A DNA stretch of 64,000 nucleotides. It comes from Laetmonice hystrix (Eukaryota). Positions 11,368 through 23,832 of this stretch are shown here, in pieces. Numbering within the stretch: the stretch's first letter is position 1; the number at the start of each line of letters is the position of its first letter. Position numbers and translations under genes: made by a program. Under the pieces are notes generated by a model. It did not search any database, was not told where the DNA came from, and worked only from the letters and a program-made list of their open reading frames with translations. The stretch lies in the NCBI GenBank assembly GCA_965235115.1, contig OZ249439.1, positions 14,570,001-14,634,000 of the forward strand, in the 5' to 3' direction.

Positions 11368-11722
11368 NNNNNNNNNNNNNNNNNNNNNNNNNNNNNNNNN
11401 NNNNNNNNNNNNNNNNNNNNNNNNNNNNNNNNNNNNNNNNNNNNNNNNNNNNNNNNNNNNNNNNNNNNNNNNNNNNNNNNNNNNNNNNNNNNNNNNNNNN
11501 NNNNNNNNNNNNNNNNNNNNNNNNNNNNNNNNNNNNNNNNNNNNNNNNNNNNNNNNNNNNNNNNNNNNNNNNNNNNNNNNNNNNNNNNNNNNNNNNNNNN
11601 NNNNNNNNNNNNNNNNNNNNNNNNNNNNNNNNNNNNNNNNNNNNNNNNNNNNNNNNNNNNNNNNNNNNNNNNNNNNNNNNNNNNNNNNNNNNNNNNNNNN
11701 NNNNNNNNNNNNNNNNNNNNNN
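11368..11722. other. Assembly gap (355 N)
   Basis: Run of N. Confidence 1.
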
Positions 11723-14700
11723 TAGCTCACATGTAACCTCTACACCAAGTAGTCGTAAGAACATTAGCCGTCCTACCGTCCTTTCCTTCATTGGAACCCA
11801 AGCCGGGTCGTACCCGTGTGGTCGGCAAATGACACGAAGGGACGGATGGTGTATCTAATATCAGCAGTGCCGAGCAGAAATGAAGTGTAGCCTGCTGTTT
11901 GGCGCCGGTCCTGTTAAAACCGATCACCAGCCGAGGACAACTCACCGGAAGTGGCGACAAATTGCACGAGAATGGCTTCCATCGTATCTAAATAATGGAC
12001 GCGGGTGACGCAGCCACGCCCCCCGAGAGCAGGCCGCCTGATTTTGGTCTCCATTCTCTGGCTCCGACAGATCCTTCGCTGAATATTGTTACAGATATTA
12101 ATGAACAATATCGTATTCCACCTGGCATTGCGTCTTGGGGCAGGCAGGGCTGGGAGTTGGTTTGTTGGACGGGTGCTGACACGCCGACAGGAGGGAGACC
12201 TGACAGGGACCCAGGCTGCATCACATTACAAAGTCAGGCGCAACCGGTCACCGTCTTCCCCCGACCAAGACCCTCATTTGGCAAGTCTTCCTCGCCTTCT
12301 TATCACTGCCCCCTCCTCATGATGTGTCTACTGTCAGCGGTGGCTTCTCAAATGCTGTTATCGGCATTTTTGTTCTTCGACGGCAGGGAAGTAGATCAGT
12401 TGTCAGCATATGAACAAGGATAATGTCTCTGGTTTGCTCCAACCATATAATCACCTTTTCCGCCAGGTGGCCTCCTCAGACCATACGGGCTAATGGAAAA
12501 TATGATGCGAAGTAAAATGAAGCTATCCTATTATAAATGGCCTATGTTTTCCATTGCATCATGAGACAAAATAGCACACCATGCATGTGAGAACAAACCA
12601 AGCCATCTCGCTCATAAACACCAGCCCCTTCATTGGACTTGTTCATGATGCTATATATTGCTCTTTGTCGACGACACAAAGCTATATAATCATGCTCAGG
12701 TAATGGAAACTATAATTATGGATACGGATTGGATATGCTATTATTTCTTGGCTGTATAATGTGTCGGCTGTCAAATTGGCAGTTGATGAGCATTGCAGTA
12801 CATACATTTATTTACCTGTTCGTGTCCGATAATACATGAAACATATTATCACTGGCAAATCAGTTACAAAAAAAGGCTATAAATGTGTAGGAAAGATCTA
12901 GGCCTATACGAGAAATGAAAACTATACCTCCCTTGCCATTTATCATAAAACATTATGTAGGATCATTTTTATCTTGAGCACATGCTGAACCTTTTGCTAA
13001 ATCGCTGAACCCCCACTGAAAAAATATAAATGGATACATTACGCGGTAAATACGCTATAAACAAAACTCCGTTTATGTCCCTCTGCCCTTTTCACCATGT
13101 ACTTTTCACGGATAGTACCAACCCCTGCAGCTAATAGTGAAAATTATAGTTTATTATACATGCACTTCGCTTCACAGTTGGCGTAATAGATGATCATCTG
13201 AAGTCCTACGGGTAATTGTCAAAGAAGTAAATTTCCCTTGATGTTCCCCGTTGTCCCAAAGTGACCATTTCATGCCTATTAGTCATATGTAATTATACAC
13301 AAGCAGCCATTTCGCACAAACCTTTGGTACATAATGTAAACAAACGTTGCAGAACGTCCATGGTTTAGCAGGTGTATACCTTCCAATATTCTGTTTATAT
13401 TGGTCACCTGGTTCGGGCCGTTTCTAGCCCCGATAATGCCTTTCCTGCGACCGCCACAAATGTAAATGTTTAGAATCACTAGTGCGCGGGATGATAATTT
13501 ATTTCCTATTTCCATTTGGGCAGAAATAACTTTACGTCCAATACTTGCAAGTGAAAAAGTAACCATGTGTCGTAAATGTAGAGAAAGTGGGGAAAAGACG
13601 TTGATATTGATGTTCAACCAGGGTATCAAGAGGTGAAGACTTCATTATTGCTACTGCATGACAATTGAGTACATCCAGATGAAACCCCCTCTACTCCAAT
13701 CTAGACCAGTAATGATGATCGAGCAAGTCTTTCAATGTTTGATAATTGCAGTGTCTGGCGGGGTAACTGATGGGCAAATACGTACAATGTTTTACTCTCG
13801 ATACTCGGTGCAAAGAGTCAATGCGTCTTGTTGAGTACAGCGTCGAGGCTTATAGACACGCTTGTTTTTGTTCATTTGGGGAAAAACTCCTGCATATAAC
13901 ACTGCAATTTAATCACAGAACAACTCCCGAGGGAGAGGATTCGCTGACAGTACGGAAAATGGTTTTATTTGTTAGGATTGCGAGATACAAAAGCTTATCG
14001 GAGTTCCCTATTGGACCAATCTGCTTCTGAATGTTATCGACATGAAGTGGACTTTGTTGTGTTTGGAGACAGTATTGTCCTAGTCGTAATCAGCGTTTCC
14101 TCACTGTCTACTGCTCGAGGACACTTGGGATCCGTGAAACAGTTTCCATGTGTTATCGCCCGGGACCAGCATCGCCCATGCCAACCATAATACATGTAGT
14201 CGAACTCCATGGGGACGCAAAAGCCTAAACTTCTCTTCTTGTGTACTTGTCGATGGCTCTTGCGCCAGCATGGAAAGTGACTTAGCCGAGGACACCACTC
14301 GCCACGCGTACTGATGACCGCCACGTCCAACTTGTTTTCGGTCGATAATGTTATGCCGGACTATTCACCAGCATCTGGCTTCGAAACCAAACATAACCCT
14401 AAAGAAAATATACTACAGTGTCGGTACTAATCTGTCTACTACCAGTTCCAGTTCACATGGTAGATTTCTGTTGTGGGGAACATTACCTAAGACAACCCCC
14501 CTTCCCCCAATGCAGTGCGCTTTCGGCGGTCCTTGGACGGTCTAACGTAGTTCTGGTTCTGCCCCTGGTTGCTTATGTTATCCGTTCACTGGTACATTAG
14601 CTGAGCTGTGAAACACAATTCTCCCAACTGCTCCACGAAGGACACCGTATGCTGATGTCCCACAGCAGATTGAGAGTGCAAGGAATCGAAGTTGTGTCCT

Positions 14701-17660
14701 TCATACGTTATTCACTGGCTTCAGGCGGTATGCCACCGTCTGCCAGCCCTGGTCATACGCTGGGTAAAGTCTTGGCTACCCCTTGGAGACAGCTCCCGAG
14801 CGGGACATCCGTAGGACGATGTATAGTGGTCTCGAGGACGTCCTGTTCTTCTACATGCGAATCAAATTTCCACTTGAGTTGCGGTGATGTGAGGTACATT
14901 GTTGAAGGGGTGACGCCATCGCCTTCCGTCGCTCTTGTTGACGGTCACGTCCCCACCTAGCTTTCCTTCCTCAATAAAGACCAACATGTCTCCATGGTAA
15001 CAAAAATGGGTTCGGAAAACGATGTGAAGGACCTGAAGGCGCCAGGGAGGTGACACATGAAGGAAGTTTGTAGCTGGTGAACGTGTTGTATGGCGCCTAT
15101 AGACATCAGCAACATTGAAAGCAAGGATGACAATCCAGGCGACCCCGGCGGTTACTGTTCCTTCTGAACACCTTCACCCTCTGCTCGAGCTGTGTACAAC
15201 ATGGGACTTGGGCGCTTTACAACTGTTATAATCTCACAGTGTACTTCCATTCGCCCTGTGCAGTTCATCCCATGCACATTTCTCGGTCGGTGGAATCGTC
15301 GATCCATGTAGGCCGTTGCCCTTTTCAGCATCAAAATCCTAGCTATATTTCACATGATTACCAGCTGCAGCACTCGCGATGCCTGCATTGTTTCATTCAT
15401 AGCGCCCACATAACAATGGATTGCTAGAAAATGCTGCAACTATGGCGACACAAAGCTTAGTGGGACGTGACTCGGTGTCGGATGAAAAACATGGCTTTAC
15501 CCTATCTCCTCGTGTAAGTCGTAATGTGGTACATCCTCTTTCTTTAAATGACGTCTCGCTATTAGTTCAAGAAATTGTACTTAATATCGAAGCAAAGCAA
15601 TTTTGTTGTAGGAAATCCGGGCTGTTTTGAATAGATAATTAAAAAGTTGTGTTTTCACTTAGTTCTGTGCGTCTATTGTCTTGCGTTGTCGTTGTTTCGT
15701 TATATCCACCATAAACAGGAGCTCAAAAGTAGGCAGACTGGAGAAAGTCTGCTCATTACACGTGGGGCAGGAATATGATTTATCGTGCCCTTTATGGTGA
15801 AAGCCCGTTGCTGCCGAGGATGACCTCGAGTTAAGGCTTAATGTGTTTACCATCAACAAGAGGCATAAATCATGCCGGGAGAGCTCAAGAAAAAACAAAG
15901 GTTACAAGCGGAGTGCAATAATAAAGAAGACCTGCAATGCTTGCTTAGAAATTAATAAGATGTCATTACTGTCTACGGAGAAGCGTTAGTCAGAACATGC
16001 TGATCGTTAAAACTCCACCACCAGGATTCCCTGAGGCCCAACATTCCGCACATCTGGTAATTTCGGCAGGTGGTCCCGTGCTTCTTCTTCTTCCTCTGAG
16101 CTCAAGAATCGATAAAGTTTGCAGGATGTCTCACAATAACAAGAAGGTGACCCCCAACGCTCGGCCGCAGTTTACGGGTGTCACAATGGCAGATAAACTA
16201 CTGTAATGGTAGCGTTTCATCTCTTAATGATATCACCGATATTCCGTTGTAACAAGAACTGCGGACCATTGTACGAGGAAACCAGGAGATTGCTGCAATT
16301 GTGACGCATGTCAAGGCGTGCACGGCAAAGACGGCAGTCGTCCTGGCAATCACATATTTCACGGCACCAAATAGTCGAAGCAATTTCCGTATAAATGGAA
16401 GCTAATAGTGCTATCGAAGAGAACACTGCACGGCTGATTGCCATCGCCAATAATATCAGATAGAGGATTACAGAAGGCCAAGTTACCGACAAGGACATGA
16501 GTCGAAGCCTGATCGACATCGTCTGTTCGAACGCCTTAAGTGGCCATATTACAACGCAGAGGATAACTTGAAGAGGGGTCTTTTTTATTACCACATTTTG
16601 TCGGACCGATGTTCGACATAGTACTGCCTAGTGAATTACCCCCAAGGGAGTGCTACATTCCGGAAGACAGCCTTGGCTTCTTGTCTTGTTATAACGCCCG
16701 GCAGCATGCAGTGCTGCATAGAGAGTTTTCCCGTTGATCGTTTTCTTTCCCCTGGAAGGCGATTTGTTACATGAGAGAAAGGAAAAACGGAACTTTGATA
16801 TCTGTAATACGCATGAATAGAAAGCAGACAATGTACACAGCTCTCCATTTCAAATGGAGAGATATCCATAGCTCAAAGTTTGACATTGTGGGCTATCACC
16901 TACCATTTAGAAAAAAGTCATGGTATAAAGAATTCTAATGAATTTGCAGGGTCACAGCATTATTGACGGAGGGTCCTAAGCCATTGTGGAAATGATGGAT
17001 TGAGCTTGATCAAGGCCACGATGCCAGTTTCATCTTCTACTCGTGTAAATACTGGCGCCTCATACACCGCCCGTCATTAGGCTCCCTACTTCGGCAACCG
17101 TCACTTTTCTATTATTTGTTATTATTCTTTTTACAACACGTCGATAAATAAAGCGAGCGATGCACTAAAATTTACACCAGCAAATAAACGCCGCTTGCGT
17201 GTAAACATGACAATTCTGATGAGAAGAGGAAGTAAAGCCAGCGGAGGGTGTTAAAAGATACTACAATATGGGTCCGTTTGTATCCTTATTATCGTGTATC
17301 AAGGCATTAGGTTCAACTGATCAAGACTGATGAGGCCCTGGTCTACAAAGGCGACGAAACATTCCACCCTGCCAAGCATTTTGGACAGAGTACAAAGCGA
17401 TGCTCGGGCTTACACAAAGGATACGTATCATTGGCTCCGCAGCCTTCTTTGATGCCCACAAATCGATGACGACCAGTCGACATATCGCGTTGAAGTATTA
17501 CAAACAAAACTAGTGGGAATTTACCCTGGTGGCATTGGTACTCGTGTGACGTTTGAACGCTATTGTTGGTCAGTGGTTGGGATGACGTTACGCCGGCGTC
17601 GGCTGTCAGCGTTACCAGCGTTACGGGACGGGACTGGTGCACGTTCTGCCACGTCTTTCC

Positions 17661-17679
17661 GTCCGCCCTCTAGTGGCGT
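17661..17679 (-). promoter_or_regulatory. CTCF-like motif
   Basis: The minus strand reads acgCCACTAGAGGGCGGac and matches the CCASYAGRKGGC core at all 12 positions. Confidence 0.5.
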
Positions 17680-20600
17680 CCTTCAATCACAGACTATCTC
17701 TATCTGGACGGAAGGTTTTTCACTCTACCGTCTTAGTCCACTTCTGTCGCAGATATTACGCCGACACGGGTTTTCACTAAAGACATGTCGGTAAAGCCGG
17801 CGGGCTAAACAACAGGCGTTAACTGCTCGCCTGGCCCGATCGAACGGCTCCTTCGCCGCCTTTAGCTCGCTGATGCGGCATTGAAAAGTTAGACCCTCCA
17901 CTCCCATCGGCCAATGGCAGACGGCAGTCGGCCAGCCAGGTCCTTACCAGTCGCCGGCGGCGCCAGGACACAATACCATTTCTGACAAGTCAGTATGGGT
18001 GGTGGCATTCAGTGGTGGACCCTCGATACGGTGAACGTCGCGTTGGAGCAGGGAAAGGTTGAAACTAACAGGGATTGTGCCAACGACGGCTTTAGGGTGT
18101 TGGCGTTGATACGGCGCTTCACCTTCCCTGTCGAACGCTAGCGTCCATCACGTGTGGGACGTGGGTCAGTTAAAAGTTCACCCACCCCATCGATCAGAAA
18201 CGGATGTCACGGCACGTTCGCGCCTTATCCCGCACATCCCACCACTTAGAGTCACGTGGTTCTCGAGAACCGCTCACTGGAAGAGGAAATAACGGTACGA
18301 TGGACCTGTCGGCACGGGCAAAGGCCATGGGGCACGTTTCTGTGGAGCCTGTTCAATTATAGAGCAATGGAAAGCATTGAGAGCGACGAACGGGAACCTT
18401 TGATGCATGTTCACCACAGTTAGTGATCAGGAGCCAATTCAGTCGGGGCTGTAGGCTCCTGATGTACGCTCCAACATATCGGGCGATCACTGTCAGCCAC
18501 CAAGGCACGTGTTACTGTTACACGATTAACGGGAACATTAACAGGCTGTTTAATAAGTAACGTCCCATTGATTGCCTACTGTAGGCCACGGGGATCCCTG
18601 CCTTTCTCATCACGGCAGATGATAGATAAAAGGTCCATTCTCCCAACACCATAGTCTGCTAGCTCATTGCGCTAGCTTTCTATCGGCCTAGAAACATATT
18701 GGCAGATTTCATATTGAGAGATTTTCAGGTTTTAGGGCGATGTTTCTGTCTAGGTTAGCATTTTTCAAGAGGGATTGTCCACTCGGCATGTATGGGGACC
18801 AGTGTGATTACGGAACACTGTTTAATGTGGGTAACAGCAATGCATTTAATGAGGGTAACAGCAATGCATATAAATTTAAATTTTAAGGATTGATCCTGAA
18901 TACAGCAAACGACCGTATGCTGTCTTACCAGTTTTGATCAACATAATGTTTATGTGAGAACCATGTCCTGTGAGAAACATGCAATGTTTATATCTGATGG
19001 ACCACTGCAAGAATTCCCGTTATGAAAGGTAGAACGTGTTACGGAATGTGATGAAACCTCTTTTTTTAAATATTTTGTGTACATGTATATGTATTTTAGA
19101 GGTCTACCTCTAACTGCGGTCCTTTCAAGAATAAGGATGTTTAGGGATGAGGGGCACTTGCTACATCGATTATTGTAAAACAGTGTGGAATATAGGGGGA
19201 GACTGACCCGTTACACAGTATACCTCCACCGTGATTCCACCCCATTCACCCACGTCTCATAGACATATCGTGGTTATATCAATTAGCAAACACACCACTG
19301 TCTGATTGCCTTTATCCGTCCATGGCGCAGTCCTGGATTTAATGCTTTCTATTTGGCCCAGCCCATCCCGTCTGGACGCTGGCTCTATCCTCTTAGTCAG
19401 GGGCCACCATTTGACCGTGCGTGCCAAAGTGGAACAATTAGAAGATTCAGCTGGCTTGCCAGCTTACCACGTGATCGACTGGCATGGCTAACCCGTGGAA
19501 TGGGACCAGCAAAATACGCAGGCTTGCGGACATTACTACAGTCATTCCTTGTAGTTTTTTTTATATTTCGGGCGGCAGTTATTTTCTCAAGGTAGCGTTA
19601 TCACATGTATTACACTAATGTTTAGTTAAGTGCAATCAGAGAAAGAAAAATAGTTACTTCTTTCACTGCTGAGATCACCCAAAATAAGATTGTGTCTATA
19701 CATAGAGCATGATCCGTGTGACCTTCACCTTGGCGGCTGTTTTCTCTGCGGCCGATGATGAACCCAGTATGTTTTCCATGGCGACGCCTTACACGAAAGT
19801 TAGGCCCCGTTCACCGTGGGATCGTCAGCCAATAGCTTTGCGGAGTGGCCGGAAGGATAGCACCACCAATGTGTCAGCTTGCTGGGATCTGACACATCTT
19901 GTAGGGCCAGCCATTTCCCATTTACAAAAAGATCTACCATATCGGCACGCCCACCACTTGGCCAATGATTTCAGGTGTCGGTGTGGATGCCTTTCCTAGT
20001 ACCCTTCTACCAATAAGGCGGATGTGGCGGATAATATACTGCCCTAACTGTTCTGATATGTCAGACTTCTTAGTAGCTCAACACACCACGAGTACATCTT
20101 GATGTGAACACCGCTGATCTTCCTCTTCCCAGCAGGATCAACCATCTATAGAGGTCACGTATAGTTTGCGACCGGTAGCCATCCCACCAAACCATTCGAC
20201 CTGTTTGGAATGCATTGAAATCGATGTGTCGACGTTGTTTAATATAATTGAGAGAAGAATGCACACGAAGCTTAAATCCGAAGATGGATTGGACCTTCTG
20301 AAAAGTAGCCGCGTCAAAAGAAATGGCATGGCAGCGTACATATCCCGCAATATTTGAGGTTTTCCTTGAAAGTAGGACAACCTATGTGAAGACGGTGTTT
20401 TGGTTTCGTAGACTGTAAATCAATGCCTGTAAAGCGGGATCGACAGGAACAGTTTTACGGTTTGGGCAAGGAGATGCGGAAGCTATGGTCTGCGCCTCGT
20501 GTATGAGAGAGGCGCTGTGTGAGGTTGTTGGTCAGACGGAGGTAGACATGTTTGATCTGGTCTTATCAGTACCTCCTACCCCGCCCGCCTCCTGCTCACA

Positions 20601-23600
20601 GTGTTGGGTAATCCCTCGCGCTCATGACTTCACGCCGAGATATGTACTGAAGGCAGTGAGGCCCTCATGGTGTAGGTATAGGCCGACAGAGTCATGGCCC
20701 CATCCACAAGGCAGCCACTGGGGCAGGTACAGACGTCTTGCCTTGATGCCTAAATGGCTGTGGTGATTGTGTGGCGGAGATAATTGTAAAGAATTGGTGG
20801 CCGTCAATAGCTGGACACGTGGAGGGAATTATCGTTAATTTTATGGTAGTTTCCCTCCTCCGTGGGGCTTTACGCTGACCCTGATTGCCCTGGTTTGCGA
20901 TCCGGATCTTAGTCTGTTGGAGGCATCATCTGGAAATAAGGCTTGCCGACCACGTGGGCTTCCCCAGGGCAGGTTGAGATGAGCAGCAGGAGAGGCGTTG
21001 GGGGAGGAGGTACGGGGCGGGCAGGTTGTGTCTGTGGATGGCTATGAAGATACAGTAGGTCTGTAAAGTCTGTTTGTAAAATAGAGACAAGAAGAACCCT
21101 CGGTTGTGATTTTGGTTCTTTTGTCAGTATTATCATTTTTCGGTATTTGCCTTCGTGATCTTTCCCCACTGCCTTTAACGTTTACAGTCATGTTCCCATA
21201 GGTGTTCATCGTCTTCGTCAGATGTGTGTTACACCACATTTCGAACAGGTCGATCATTGAAGCGACTTTTGAGAGCTTGACCGTCTGTCGCTGTATATGT
21301 ATATATCATAAGTACTTCATCGTCTTCAGTCTGGCATTAATAGAGCAGCCTACCCACTCCGGTGTTATTCAAAGTTTTAATTAGCTCTTTTGTCATGCCA
21401 TCCAGTCTTGTATCTGAATGACCGTAATGCCGGCGCAATAGTGTCCGTTGAACAATTGCCGGCAGGACTATGAAGGAAACATTGCTAAGTCCACAACTGC
21501 AATAAGTGCGCATGCGTACCGGAAGTAGAGGGATCGTTCCGACACAATAGCCGTTCGAGAACCTTGCTGTCTTTCGGCAAAATAACCACTGCGTGGTTCG
21601 CACGTGAGTTCCGAGGATACTGCATGCCAGTTTCAGTATTTCTATCACGCACACCTACCTTTAAAAACTTAAACCGTCATTTGCTAACCGCACAACCCCA
21701 AAAAGGGGACACCTTCCGCTCAACTGAGCAATTTATACTTTTCTTTTGCAATAATCATATACCTCCGTGCCTAGAATCGATATCCTTCTCTTGATTGTTC
21801 TAGACGTTATACATTTATATTTTTCGCCTATTCCTTTTTGACATTATTTCGGGTTGTGACTTTATTTGTAGCGTGTTTACGGTCGTGCCTCCAACATTTC
21901 TGTGGTGGCCGGCCATCTATCCCTCTGTGCACCTGATGATTCTCTGGGTTAGGTTCGAGTCCGCAAAACGTCATTAATCTTAACATTCGAATGGGTTCAC
22001 TTGCCTCTGAAAGCCCAAAAGAAATCCTTGGAGCATGTTTTGATATCTTAAGAGTGGCCACATTTGGACACAAAACCCCCGGTCCTTATGTACCCTGGTT
22101 TCTTTGGAGTGACACTGTAAGGTGAAGACCCAAACAGATCCGTGCGCCTGGTGCGCACGCACGCACACGCCCGCACACTGAGGCACCCAGAGACAAAACG
22201 AATAGTGACCACTGGATCCTTTGAAATTGTTCAAATGACGATAAGACATCTCTGGAATATATTACCGTCAGTGTACATGTCGGCGTGCGGGCCAGCTAGA
22301 CGTCTGCTTGTAACAGCCGCATGTTGATGTCTGCGATCTCGGCACGTGCGCCTCCACAAAAACACACCTTACTTACTAAGGCAATCGGTGGAGTAGGCAG
22401 TCGGGCTGTCGTGGTAAACGTTGCCGATTGCATACCAGAAGTACGTCTGAGGTTGCCATGCAGTATCCGGTTGGTGATGGTCTGCTAGAAATGCCGCCCA
22501 CTCGGCCTCTCTCAGCACCGATCTGCTTGTATAACCTCACCGTATTCCCACATGGGACTCTCCGTCGGCGCTTTGAAGTGCGCTTGCTTCGTTCAAACGA
22601 AACAGAGGGCGCTCCGATACAATTGATCTTGCATTTCAAAGTGCCTCCCATCTGACCTGTGGTCTTGATAAAGGTGGTGGTACCGATTGAAAACATCCAC
22701 TGCAACAACAACGACGCTGTCGTGCCTCTGTATATGGTCTATCGTTGGGTATACCTTCACCAGACATCGCATTATGTTTGTCCGGTACATTTCAACATGT
22801 ATTGACCAGTGATCTAGCAATCAACCATGCCACCGTTTTGAACACAATACAGTATGCAATAATGGGATTATTATTATTATTTGTAAGGTGCGTTTAGATT
22901 GGCGAGAGTAACGCTCCCTGTGGCATGTGGCATTTTGCAAACTAGCTAGGTGCTTCGCGCGCCGAACAATAGATAATAAATATACTTTGAGTAGATTTGA
23001 AGATGGGGCCCTCAATGTTTACATTATAATGGCGTGGTCTATCGGCTGAGTAACTGTCCACAGGAAGGCTTCGTCTGACCCAAGCCGATAGGTCGGAGAA
23101 GATAAGGAGAAGACTAAAGAAATCAATTACGTTCCATTTCCGTTCTGCGCATCATTTGTCGCCTAATTCTTTAATTAATGGTCCTGTTGACGGATGGGAG
23201 AGAACCTTACCTATAAAACACTAAGCTCACGATAAGACATAGCCAGAGCATTAGGGACAAAAGAAAGTTGACCTTATAAATTATACATCAATCGCCTCTT
23301 CCCCCTATTAAATGCAAAACTGAAACTAACCGATGATATACGAGGCTTCTCTAAAAGTATACATTTATTTCCCATGTTCACGATGTTAAATGTAATATAT
23401 CTTTGATAACCCCTGTATATGGTATAAAATTCTTACGTATTAGTAGAGAACGTCAAGTCCACATATATCATTGTCTCCTGCGTCAGAGAACATGATTACA
23501 TGAATAAGAAATGACGACCGCTTTGGGAGTCACGGATGACAGTTTCTAGCGTCTCCTTCCTCCTAATGCACAAGATGACGCGCATGCGTATTATTAATGT

Positions 23601-23832
23601 GATCAATACACAATAAAGCTCTGACAGTATGATAGAAATTAAGCCACACAAAAAAGGATTCTTAGAATATAGAGATATATAATGAATTACCTGTCGACTG
23701 ACAGTTTTCACCATTGGAATGTCAGTATCAATTATTTCAAAAATCTTCAGCAAAACACATTAACGGCTATGGCGAACCTGGGCTATATTGCGCGCCTCTA
23801 AATGATTTAGCACAATTTTCTGCTCGTACACC

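Noticed and set aside
11230-11791. ORFs of 134-168 aa spanning the gap
   Set aside because: They are artefacts of translating N.
21953-21962. tRNA B-box-like ggttcgagtc
   Set aside because: There is no A box at the proper distance and no cloverleaf. At most it is a SINE trace.
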